Below are positions 44,847-57,379 of a stretch of DNA of 64,000 nucleotides, piece after piece; position 1 is the first letter of the stretch, and every line of letters starts with the position of its first letter. The notes below the pieces were generated by a model. It did no database searches. It saw only the letters and a list, made by a program, of their open reading frames with translations, and was not told the DNA's origin. Source of the stretch: Eledone cirrhosa (lineage: Eukaryota); assembly GCA_964016885.1 (NCBI GenBank), contig OZ024740.1:241676001-241740000 (forward strand), in the 5' to 3' direction. A program made the position numbers and the translations under genes.

Positions 44847-44924
44847 TTTCTTTGTCACCTCTCCTCTTTCAGAAGATTTTTCCTCGATCCAGTTTCTTTG
44901 CGTCACGAAGAAACTGTATTTTTG

Positions 44925-44988
<64 letters not shown>

Positions 44989-46152
44989 ATATATATATAT
45001 ATAATATTTCAGTTTCCGAAAATGAAATAAATGGATGTATTCTTTAAATATGCGTCTTACTTTTAAAAGTAAGAAACTGCTTGAATGTTTGTTTTTTTTT
45101 TCTAAAATATAATTTGATTCAACTGGTTATATTATTTTATTATTTTTCTTAAATGCATACATCACTTAATTTTTACTGGTGTCAAATGTTTTACTTATCG
45201 TCAAACCACGAATATTCATTTTTGAAATATATATTTGAATGGTTCGTTTTCTTAAAGATAATGCGCATCATGTATTGAACCATTATTTTTCTCGTTTAAT
45301 TCTTTTTTGTTTATATTCCGAAATCGGGAATCTCTGAAAGCTGTCTTATTTTTCTCTTCGTAAATCCCAAATATGGATTTTATTTTTACTACGTCAGTTG
45401 TTTAGTGCAATCAAAAGCAAATGCATAAAACACTATATTCCACCCTGACAATTTTTTCTACTTTTGTTTTCTTTTTGTATTGGAAGAGACAATTCTTCAG
45501 TCGTTACTTAGATTATGTGCTTACATTATAGTCGATGATGTGTAGTTTGGTAAGAATCGTGCAGCTATTGTCATTCTTGATATCACTAGAACTGTAGTGT
45601 ATTAGAATGCCTAAATATTCTGAGTCGTGGCAATCTCTACTACAACATTGGATTTCTACTAAAAGACACGCTCTTCCTATTCTTCAATACATCATTCTTT
45701 GTGTTCCGGTTCCGATATGAGACTAATAGCAAAAAAAAAAAAAAAAAAAAAAATATATATACTGAGTATTGTAAATGAAGAATATCAACAATCCTACAAA
45801 AAAAAAAAGAAATAAAAGAGCCGAAAAGATAAAAAAAAAACCTATAACAATAATAAGAATCAAGATACAAAATAAACAAGTGTTTTAGAAAACGTCAAAT
45901 GAGTTCAAAGTAAAAGGACCAAAAGTGAAAGTAACACATGAAATGTAATTATGTCTGGTATTAATTATATATGTATTTATTTAATATTGTAAATTTTGGA
46001 TTAATGCCAGCTTCTATATAAGCCACGTTATTGGTATATCGTATTCATCTTCTTGAAAATTTTCTTCAAGCAGTATATTGTTATTGTAACAATTTATATC
46101 GAAGATGACGTATTCCTGCCCTTCTTTCACAGTCTATTTTCAGCTTTTGGCT

Positions 46153-46231
46153 TAACAGTAATAACAATAATAACAACAACAACAACAACAACAACAACAG
46201 CAACAACAACAACAACAACAACAACAACGAC

Positions 46232-46301
<70 letters not shown>
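46153..46301. repeat. Compound (AAC)n(AAT)n microsatellite
   Basis: Direct reading. Confidence 0.95.
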
Positions 46302-46303
<2 letters not shown>

Positions 46304-46467
46304 GTTGATTCTTCATAACTAATGGGACTCATTCATCTACATTAGAGAAAGTCATTTCAGTATTTATAATAATTAAAGGGTTAGTGTGAAGATGATCGTC
46401 GTCATAGGAAAAAAGAATAGAAGAAAGAAAAAGAAAGAAATGTAGACACATGTGCATATTAGTTTTG

Positions 46468-46501
<34 letters not shown>

Positions 46502-46791
46502 CATATGTAATTATGTTCATGTACGTTTATGTATATTCCTATATGTAATGTATGTATGCATATATATATATGCGTGTGTGCGCGTATGGTTGGATGTATA
46601 TGAATGTATATGTATGTATATATGCGTGTATATATATATATACATATATATAAATATATATACCCACTCTCAAGCGTGAAACTAATACTAATATCAATTG
46701 TACTGCCCCTTCGTTTTTCTGTTTTTTGTTCTCTATTTATTTATTAAACTATATATATATGTATTGAATACGTGTATATATATATATATAA

Positions 46792-46834
<43 letters not shown>

Positions 46835-47556
46835 AATTTACGTATGTATACATAGATAAGTATACCTACACACAAACATATATATATATACATATATATA
46901 TATATAAACAATACGCTCACACACACATTCACACACACGCACAAACACATACAAACACACAAACACACACCGACACACACAGACACACACATACACACAT
47001 ACACACACACAAACACACACCGACACACACAGACACACAAACACACACACGCACACAGACACACACACACGCACACAGAGGTAGACTCGGATAGAGGGAA
47101 GATATAAATAGATAGTTTCTTCAGATTCTACTATTCTACTAAGTGATGTTTTAGAAAGTAATAATTGTTATAGCGGAATACATTTTATGGCCTAGAGAAG
47201 AACAGAAATCTAAGGTGTGGGCAGGGTAGGTGGGTCTAAACTATTATCGATGTGATAAGTATATGTATTTTTCTATATTCTAGTCGGGCCACCTTGCTTC
47301 GCTGAGAAGATCGTATAAGTTTGAAACATGTAATCTTTTAGATGACAGAAAAGATCCATTCTCAAGTTTATTTTTACAATGTTCTCCAAAACTTGCATTT
47401 ATTTAAAACTTGTTATGTTATATATATATACAGTTGGTTCTATTATATAGGTTTATTAATAAAAGTCACTTTACTGAACTCAAGTATAGAGTTCTTTATT
47501 GGAGTGAAGACACAATGAAGAAATATTTATTTTTGCGAAGATTCAAATGATAATAA

Positions 47557-47587
<31 letters not shown>

Positions 47588-47594
47588 AATAATA

Positions 47595-49530
47595 TTGATA
47601 AGATGGTAATGGGGGGAATTGCAGGAGGAGACACACTGATCTTGCCATGGGGTGGATAGACTACAGAAAGGCATTTGACATGGTGCCTCATTCTTGGATT
47701 ACCAAAAGCCTGGAGATCTTCAAGGTGGCAGATAACATCAGACAGTTGTTGGGCAAAAGTATGAGGTCCTGGGAAACAGAGTTGACATCAACTGGAGAAT
47801 CCTTGGGAAGGGTGAAGATCAAGAGAGGTATCTTCCAGGGAGATAGCCTGTCCCCTCTGTTGTTTGTCCTTGCCCTGATGCCCCTGACCAGTGTACTGCG
47901 AAAAGTGAGAGCAGGATACAGCTTGGGAAAGGGAGGGCTTACCATCAATCACCTCCTCTTCATGGACGATCTTAAGCTCTTCGGGAAGAGTAAGAAGGAG
48001 TTGGATGTGCTTGTTGACACTGTCCGTATTTTCAGCAGTGATATATGTATGCAGTTTGGTATTAGTAAGTGTGGAGTCATTGTGATGAGGAGGGGTAAGT
48101 TGAGCAGAAGTAACGGAATCCAGATACCAACAGGTGAGATGATAAAGGAAATTGACTCTGAGGAAGGATACAAGTATTTGGGCGTTCTGGAGGCTGATGG
48201 CATAAAGAACAAAACAATGAAGGAATTGTTAAGAACTGAATACATTCGGAGAGTAAGGAGCGTATTGAAGTCACATCTGAACAGCAGAAATGCCATAAGC
48301 GCAGTAAATTCCCGAGCTGTGTCTATTATTAGGTACAGTGCGGGAATTCTGAGATGGAATGTTGCTGAACAAAAAGAAATGGATAGAAATAATAATAATA
48401 ATAATAACAAAAAGAAATAATAATAATAAAAAGAAATGGATAGAAAGATTAGGAAGCTATTGACTATCTACAACATGTTCCACAAGAGGAGTGATGTTGA
48501 TAGACTCTACTTAAGGAGATCTGAAGGTGGAAGAGGTCTTATCAGCATAGAGGACTGTGTTCAGATGGAGAAAAACAACCTACACAAATACGTGACTGAT
48601 AGTAAGGAGCCAATGCTCAGAACTGTACTGAAGGAGGGGACAATAGGCCAGGGGATGTCCAAGGAGGAAATAACATCAAGGAGAAAGAGCAGCCTTCAGG
48701 AAAAATCCCTTCATAGTACCTTCTTTGAGAAAACTGAATTTAGAGATCCACAGACATGGAACTGGTTGAAAAGAGGAGACCTTAAAAAGACTACAGAAGG
48801 AATGTTAATGGCTGCGCAGGAGCAGGCCCTCAAAACGAAGTGGTTGAAACACCATATTTACAAGGAGGAGGCTAGCCCACTGTGCAGGATCTGTGGAGAG
48901 AGAGAGGAGACTCTGGCTCACATTGTATCCGAGTGTAAACACCTAGCCCAGACTCACTATAAGAGCTGGAGACATGATGTGATGGGCAGGGTGATCCACT
49001 GGCACCTATGCAAAGTAAACAATTTACTACATTCTGAGAAGTGGTATGAGCATAAGCCAGAGTCGGTGATAGAAAACGATCAGGTGAAGGTGCTGTGGGA
49101 TTTTAGGATACAGACGGACAAGAAACTGGAACACAATAGACCAGACCTGGTGGTTGTGGACAAAGAAAAAAGATCGTGCCTGATAGTGGATGCGGCCTGC
49201 CCATTCGACACGAGAGTGCAAGAGAAGGAGAGGGAGAAAGTTAACCGATACCAGGACTTAAAGTGGGAGGTAAAAAGGATTTGGAACTGCCATGAAGTCA
49301 AAGTGATCCCGATTGTCATAGGCGCACTAGGGACTATCTCCAAAAGTTTCCAGGGATGGTTAAAAAAAATTGGCCCCTTCACGCTTTTTGGAACGCTTCA
49401 AAAGGCATGCTTGCTGGGAACAGCAAGAACCCTCCAATACGTCCTGAATATCGGAGGCTGCAGGTAGTGGCTTGATATTCATTTCAACAAACTTTCCAGT
49501 TAACTAACATCAATGACTGAGACTCAAAGA

Positions 49531-49531
<1 letters not shown>
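47595..49531 (+). mobile_element. Dong/R4-like RLE LINE in a (TAA)n tract, 5'-truncated, young
   Basis: WIDYRKAFD, GIFQGDSLSP, FMDDLKL, CRICGEREETLAHIVSEC, HNRPDLVVVD; (TAA)n at both ends; two same-frame ORFs of 257 and 343 aa. Confidence 0.95.
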
Positions 49532-49574
<43 letters not shown>

Positions 49575-49797
49575 TGTTTCTACTTTTGGCACAAGGCCAG
49601 CAATTACCCAATGCATTACTGGTAATGATAATATATTATTTGCAGGGAAAAAAGTTCAGACAAAACATTTCAATATGAAAAGAAAACACTGAAATTTTAT
49701 AACTATAAGAATATATTCTGTCAATAATTGAATATGATTCGTTGCAACAAATCACATATTGGTTGAAGCAAATGACTTGATATCACGCATATCACAG

Positions 49798-49900
<103 letters not shown>

Positions 49901-50945
49901 TTATGTATTTTGGTGTATTTGTGTCTATGAATGTGTTCTTGGTTGTGTGTCCATTCCTGTGTCTGAATGTATGCATGTATGTATGTATGTATGCATGCAT
50001 GTATGTATGTATGTATGTATGTATGTATGTATGTATGTATGTATGTATGTATGTACGTACGTACGTATGTATGTATGTATGTACGTATGTATGTATGTAT
50101 GTATGTATGTATGTATGTATGTATGTATCTACGTATGTATGTATCTATGTATGTACGTATGTATGTATTCATATTTGTATATAGACTAAAGTTATGTAGA
50201 TAAATATTGTGCTTGCTTGTGTAATAGAGGATTGTGGAAATTATATATTATTTGAATATATATCTAAACATCTTTCTCTTTCTCTATGCTCTTTATATTG
50301 AATAGTATCGACAGTAGCAGAAGCATTTGTAGCTGCAGCATAGCAGTTACTGCATCAGTAGACACAGAAGAAGCAGCAACAGCACTTGTAACAGATAAGC
50401 TGCACGAGCAGTTGCAACTGTGAACAGTAATAGAATCAGTGGCAGCTTAAAGGCAAACGGTAGCAGTTGTTAGAAACGGCCAATGTAGCAACAATATTAA
50501 AAAATAATAATACCAAATCAAATAAATAAACTGTAGGTGCAGAGGACGATAGGTTTAACAGTGCAAGCTGCAGTTTACAACGTTGACTATAGAATCATAA
50601 AATATAGTCAATGTTATGTTTCATAACGACAGCGCCAGTCGTTACCCTTTCGTTGCCTTTTGAACTGGCCTATTGCAAGCTCTCGAAACATCAATTTAGT
50701 ATGCAGTAAATCGTGGAGCACGTGGCGTACATGTTAGATTATTCGGCTCAGGATCATATGAGCATGTGTTTGATTCTTCAATCCATTTAACTGAATAAAA
50801 TGAGTTGTACTTGTAATTCAAAGGGTGAGCCTTCTTACATGTTTCGGTGGAAGGCTCACAGAATACACCATATACACAGATACACACAGACACTCGCATA
50901 CGCACACATGCATGCACCCACACACACACGCACGCACACACACAG

Positions 50946-50982
<37 letters not shown>

Positions 50983-51784
50983 CGCACACTCACACACAAA
51001 CACGCTCACTCACACACAGTTACACACCACCCGATATAACCCTGTTATTTCAATTTAAAAATATATATTTCATTGTAATTATATTTAAAAAAAACAGAAA
51101 CAGAGAGCAGTATAGGAAAGGACTATAAATTGCACAAATGAGAGGAAAAGGGAGGGGGGGGGGAGAACAAGGAGTACTAGATAAAGGAAGAGAGAAACGA
51201 AGAAGAGAAGAGTGTGATAGACTCTACACCTAGGTTAGAACGGTGTTTCGGTTGCGCCCCGCGGACAAAATGGCATAGGCATTTTCGCAATGACCAACAA
51301 CACACGCTGTAACAGCCATCCCACCTCACGGGAGTCGTTCCTCAGACGGGCTGCTATCGATCCATTATTGTTATTGTTCTTTAACCCAAGGTTAGCCCTG
51401 AATTGTTACTCTTTTGAACACTTAAAAGTAAATTCTTCACATGTTTGCGCGCGCGCGCGTGTCTGCGCGTGCGTGCGTGCGTGTACGAATACATTTAACT
51501 GACGGCAGGCGTATAAAAACCAAAAACAAACACAAAACATTGTTTACATTTTCAACATCTGTTAGACGACATATTACCTTTGATATGTGCATAACACGTA
51601 AAATGTATGGACGATAAACTGACGCTGAATATGTAAAACAGCCTGCCTTCTTTTTCTTAATATTGATACTCCGTCTGATACAAAATACGTAATACCTTAT
51701 GATACATCGGACGTGGGGTGCTTACGTTTTATTACACGACAATGGTTGATTGCGTGGATAAACCAACATTGATTATTGAAACAA

Positions 51785-51859
<75 letters not shown>

Positions 51860-53457
51860 TATATACCTATTTATTAATAAATAAATGGACCAAAATCTAG
51901 AGAAGACGCTGTAAGACTATCTTAATTAGATTTACATTTGATAGTCTTTATAATCCACCGGATCGTCCGCGTACGTTTGAAATTTCATCTCCAAACTAAG
52001 TAATTAGGATTATTCTTGCTGCTTAGCCCTAAGTCAGATTTAGTCTAGTACGCATTTTCCTCGTGTGTAGGGAACTCTAGACCATTTCATCATCTAATGC
52101 GTTCTTAGACGGCAGGGTCTGTATTTAGGGTGATTTGGCTACTATTTCTAGCAAGCTGAATTATTAGGTAGAGATTCCCTCGTTGGTTTATACAACGTGG
52201 TTTCATATTACTGACTGCTAGACGATCTTACGATAGCCATATCGGTGGCACTTCATAATATAAATCCTACTTGTCTCATAGTAAGCTGTAGCTCATGCGA
52301 CAATCATCAGTTTAATTAGATGACCTAATTAGAAACGCCAGTGGCTTCGGAGATGTTCCAGTAAGCGGAGACATCTATGAGTAAGCAGGTATGGCGAGTC
52401 GCATATATTTTAGCCATTAGAAAAAGCAAACTGAATGCTTCACCTGGATGGAAGGATGACAGAAGAAGAAGAAGAAGAAGAAGAAGAAGAAGAAGAAGAA
52501 GAAGAAGAAGAAGAAGAAGAAGAAGAAGAAGAAGAAAAAAGAAAAGAAGAAGAAAAGAAGAAGAAGAAGAAGAAGAAGAAGAAGAAGAAGAAGGAACCTC
52601 TACGGCGTAGAGTCTATGCGATGATGCAACTAGAAATTGCGCTCAAATTTTCTTAACTTCAGCCTATCATATCGGGAATTCGACATAATCCAACCTACAA
52701 GCATCTAAATTCTTCGTTTGGGTGACTGCCTACCTATGTATCATAGTTCTCCTAGTTTGGATTGGTTATGCTACTCCACAACAGCAACAATTCAACCAAA
52801 TTCCCTTAAAATTCCATCGCAACGAAAGGCTTTGGTAATAGCACTGCTTAATCATGACTGACAGAACACTAGACGACAACCGAGAAGGAGTTTTAATTGC
52901 CTTGGATACTTGCCCATTGTCAAGCTTTGCTGCTTGGACTGGGGAATTTCAAAACATTCTACGGAATGATTTGACTAGGTTGATTGCTAAACATTTTTAT
53001 TTTTGGTCTTTGTTCTTGTTTTGAGGAGAACATTTAATACAGATAAGACCCCAAGGAACTTATTTCAGGATGATTTATATATTCTGTTTTCTAAATCTGA
53101 GGATGCACCATTGAAAAGTGGGCGCGTGTCCGTGTATGTGTGTGTGTGTGTGTATGGGGGCTGTGCTTTTCAACCCCCCCCCACACACACTGGCAACGGG
53201 CCCACTAGGATACACTGTTAAAATTCGCTACGATTTGGCCATCTGTCGTAATTAGTTAATAAGAAGGAATCAATGAGGAGCTACTCGATACGAGAGAACT
53301 TCTTTGTGGTCATTGAACTTGTTAGAAACACCAACTAAATCTACATTAAATTACAAACTTTAACTTGAAATATGAGTGAAATATATGTTGGAAAATGTGG
53401 ACAAATGTGGACCTAGATATGCAAGGTCTGAGAGAAAAACAAAAGGTCCTGGCTGGA

Positions 53458-53900
53458 GTATGTGAGTGGCTGAGTGTTTTAGAGACACAAACGGCCATAA
53501 AATAAATAGAAACCCTATTAACCTTCACATGTTCTTAAAACAACTTTCATAATAAGTAGAAAACGACCAACAACGTCCTTTAACTCGTTTGTTTCTAAAA
53601 ACACAATTGTGTGCCACATTATTGATGATGATGTGTTGATTAGTCATCATATTAGACATGATTTAATTGCTCTATGATTGATCATAGAGCATTTAAATCA
53701 TGTCTAATATGATGACTAATCAACACATCATCATCAATAATGTGGCACACAATTGTGTTTTTAGAAGCAAACGAGTTAAAGGACATGTTGGTCGTTTTCT
53801 ACTTATTATGGAAGTTGTTTTAAGAACATGTGAAGGTTAATAGGGTTTCTATTTATTTCATGGTCGTTTGTGTCTCTAAAACACTCAGCCACTCACATAC
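53458..53900. repeat. About 440-bp near-perfect palindrome with a 2-nt spacer
   Basis: Centre CTCTATGAT-TG-ATCATAGAG at 53679-53680; ORF track shows the same peptide MKVNRVSIYF on both strands. Confidence 0.95.
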
Positions 53901-53962
53901 ATACACAAACGGGTACATAAACAAAGACGCTTTGACAAACACACACAAACACACACACGCAG

Positions 53963-53999
<37 letters not shown>

Positions 54000-54009
54000 G
54001 ACACACACA

Positions 54010-54060
<51 letters not shown>

Positions 54061-54180
54061 ACACACACACACACAGGCACACACATACACACACATACAC
54101 ACATACAAGCTGAAACCACTTGAGCCGCGGTCGGGATTTTACCTATCTCAATCTTTTTCTCCCCTCTCTCTCTGTTTATA

Positions 54181-54211
<31 letters not shown>

Positions 54212-54226
54212 ATGTATGTATGTATG

Positions 54227-54317
<91 letters not shown>

Positions 54318-54801
54318 CATTCTCTCTCCTTGTATCTCTTACCTTCATTCACCCCCTATTCCAGTCACCCTCTCTCTCGGCTGTCCTCTTCCTCACACTT
54401 TCACTCACTCACTCTCTGCTTCCCCCTCTCTCACTTCCTCCCGTCTGACCTGTGTGAAATCCTTTTCTCGCTCACATTTCACAGGGTCTGGACGCGTCTT
54501 TCTCTCCTCGTCCACGATTTGCTCGAATTTAAGTTCACAAATATCACGGACTTGTTTCTCATCTTCATCTCTATCTGTTGCCATTACCATCTCTGTTTGT
54601 TTAGATGTCCCGCTTTCTCCACCCAATTTTACTTGTCCCAATAACTCTTTTTAGTTATTGCTCGCACCAGCCTTAGGTATATGGTCTTTAATGCGAAGAA
54701 ATACCGATGATAGCTGGAAGATCACTGATGACGGACAGTCCTGACTACTTGGTCTAATTTTATTCATATGTATCCCATTTGCAACAACGCAGCACGCCAT
54801 T

Positions 54802-54855
<54 letters not shown>

Positions 54856-54992
54856 ATATATTTTGTTTCTGAATTTGTTTAGCAACCGGAAATTTATAAA
54901 TTCTTAAATTTATGAATTTAAGTTATAATAAATTGGAGTGAAAGCGACTGGTGCTTGTGTTTCTTATTGGCAACATGACCCTCCCAGAGTAT

Positions 54993-55027
<35 letters not shown>

Positions 55028-55167
55028 AATGCTTTGTAACTTAACGCTACTATTAGTTCACCAACTTGAGCATAGGAGGGTCCGGTTTATTATAATAGAA
55101 AGTTTTATTCATATTGTGTTTTATTATAGTTTTACTATGGTCCCATTTTCAAACAGGGTGTTAATAA

Positions 55168-55356
55168 TAATTGTTTCTACTTTAGGTACAAGGCCAGCAA
55201 TTACCCAGTGCATTACTGGTACTTTATTTTATCGACCCCGTAAGGATGAAAGGCAAAGTCAACCTTGGCGGGATTTGAACTCAGATCGTAAAGGGACGTA
55301 ACTATGCTGGAAAGCATGGTGTCTGACCCTCTACCGATACTGCCAATCGACCGCCC
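55168..55356 (-). mobile_element. tRNA-headed SINE
   Basis: Full-length copy, close to 61503-61688. Confidence 0.85.
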
Positions 55357-55499
55357 ACAGGTTGTTGATAATAATAATGTGTAGGAACGCGATGTGGAAG
55401 TATCATCATTATACCGGTGTGACGCGTGTTTCGCGATTTATCATCTCAAGGTACGATCCGTATCGATCGCGTCCGACTCTGGAATCAATAGCTCTATAA

Positions 55500-56695
55500 A
55501 ACCAGAGCTGGTAAAATATCTGGGCGATCCGAAAGTAAATCATACCTATGGTATAATCCTCCACACAACAACTTAGTCAAAACTAAATGACCTTATATAT
55601 TCTTCAAGTTACTAGATACGAACTTTCCGCCATTACATAGATACCACAACATTTTAAATAGGAATACAATAAGACATGCTCAACAACAGCGAACCTAGAA
55701 AGTTATATAACCGCTCTTAATAATAAACGCCTCCAAAAACACAATAACAGCATATAGAACTTAATTCATATCACAGCCTGTTAAATTGTCTACCCTTAAA
55801 GAAAAAACAAATTTTAAACGACAAGCACTGGTACATTGTGACTGCAGAAAATCGGCGTGATGTTACAACAAACCAGAACATTTTCAGATATGAGGGATCC
55901 ACATCCAACTTGTTTAAGAACTTCTACCGCTTTAGCTAGCAAAATATGGAAATAAAAAAAATGAAAAAATAACGTATGATCTATCGCGGTCCATTCTACG
56001 ATTTTCCCACTCTACCAACGTGATAGAAGGGATTGGAATCTTTGTGCGATGGAAGTATTAGAAATCTTAACAGGAAATAAATGACTGAATTCAAGATAAT
56101 ATATGATATTCAACTGTAAACGCAAGTACCAAAAACCATCTTCTAAGTATAACCCTAATAAATACAGTATTAGAACATATAACTCTACACCCATCTGAAA
56201 CTTTATCAATCAGTCAAATAGTCAATTTTTATTACATAGATTGGAGATGCTAAATATTTGTTCTTGACTTCACCCTAATCTACAACTGTCAAACTGTCCA
56301 CTCCAATGTTAACAGAATTTATTACCAGTACATTCTCTTACTCTTGTCACACCTCTATCTGTAATGGTTGTGTTCATACGACTAACACTAAATAAATCTA
56401 TTGCCCATCCATTCAATTAACGACTCCAATAGTTTACACTATCACTTTTAGTATAAAGTTAATTACTTTTCAAACAATTGCATGTACAATTTAAGTAAAA
56501 CCAGATACTGTCGGATACCTATTGGATAACTTAACAGTCCACGCTCCTTACTCTCACCATTACCAAAAATATCTCGGAATTATTCATTTTCTGATGAATT
56601 GTTGAAGTATAATGACTAACATACAGCACGAATGATAGGAAATTTCAATAGCTCGTAATGACATAATTGAATAATGAAACACGTAAAAATATATA
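55500..56695 (+). mobile_element. Degenerate Nematis-like PLE 3' part with terminal repeat region
   Basis: YLWYNPPHNNLVKT...FFKLLDTNFP...RYHNILNRNTI across frameshifts; HHR at the 3' end. Confidence 0.65.
56586..56690 (+). ncRNA. Type I hammerhead motif with long stem II insertion
   Basis: atttt-CTGATGA-attgtt...aataat-GAAA-cacg-TA-aaaat. Confidence 0.6.
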
Positions 56696-56771
56696 ATTAA
56701 ACTAGACCACCTGTGACCCGTTAGGTCACGTTCACTTAAAAATGATTTTTAATAATTAGAATATAAAGTAG

Positions 56772-56990
56772 GGCGGTGGATTGGCAGTATCGGTAGAGGG
56801 TCGGACGCCATGTTTGCAGCATAGAGTTACGGCCCTTTATGATCTGAGTTCAAATGCCGCCGAGGTTAACTTTGCCTTTTATCCTCACGGGGTCGATAAA
56901 ATAAAGTACCAGTCACGCACTGGGGTCGATTTAATCGACTTTCCCCTCCCCAAAAATCACTGGCCTTGTGCCTATATAAGAAACCAATAA
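56772..56990 (+). mobile_element. tRNA-headed SINE, full length
   Basis: A-box-like TGGCAGTATCGG, B-box-like GAGTTCAAATGCC, shared core and tail. Confidence 0.85.
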
Positions 56991-57022
56991 TTAAAATATA
57001 ATGTAAAATGAAATTGGAAGGC

Positions 57023-57056
<34 letters not shown>

Positions 57057-57083
57057 GTGTGTGTGTTTGTGTGTATGTGTGGG

Positions 57084-57122
<39 letters not shown>

Positions 57123-57157
57123 GTGTCTGTGACCTATATACACTGGTCACATCCACG

Positions 57158-57194
<37 letters not shown>

Positions 57195-57197
57195 GTA

Positions 57198-57358
57198 ACA
57201 AAGAGGGTGTGGTATGACACCAGGTGGACCAAAACGCACCAGAGTACTCAATATTTAGTGTAGTAGAGTGGGTAATAGGAAAAGAGTCAGGACCCCGACG
57301 GCTGAGCTCCGGCCGTTTCGATAGCTAGATCCAAACGGGGTCCTGACTCTTTTCCTAT
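57198..57358 (-). repeat. Family P module copy 3 with a short inverted arm
   Basis: Arms 57275-57297 and 57336-57358. Confidence 0.85.
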
Positions 57359-57379
57359 GTAAATATATACATATAATTC

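Noticed and set aside
51230-51360. CpG-richer segment as the PP1-like promoter or first exon
   Set aside because: No diagnostic motif or splice evidence
56772-56860. tRNA gene
   Set aside because: A/B-box-like head runs into the multi-copy SINE body; no clean cloverleaf
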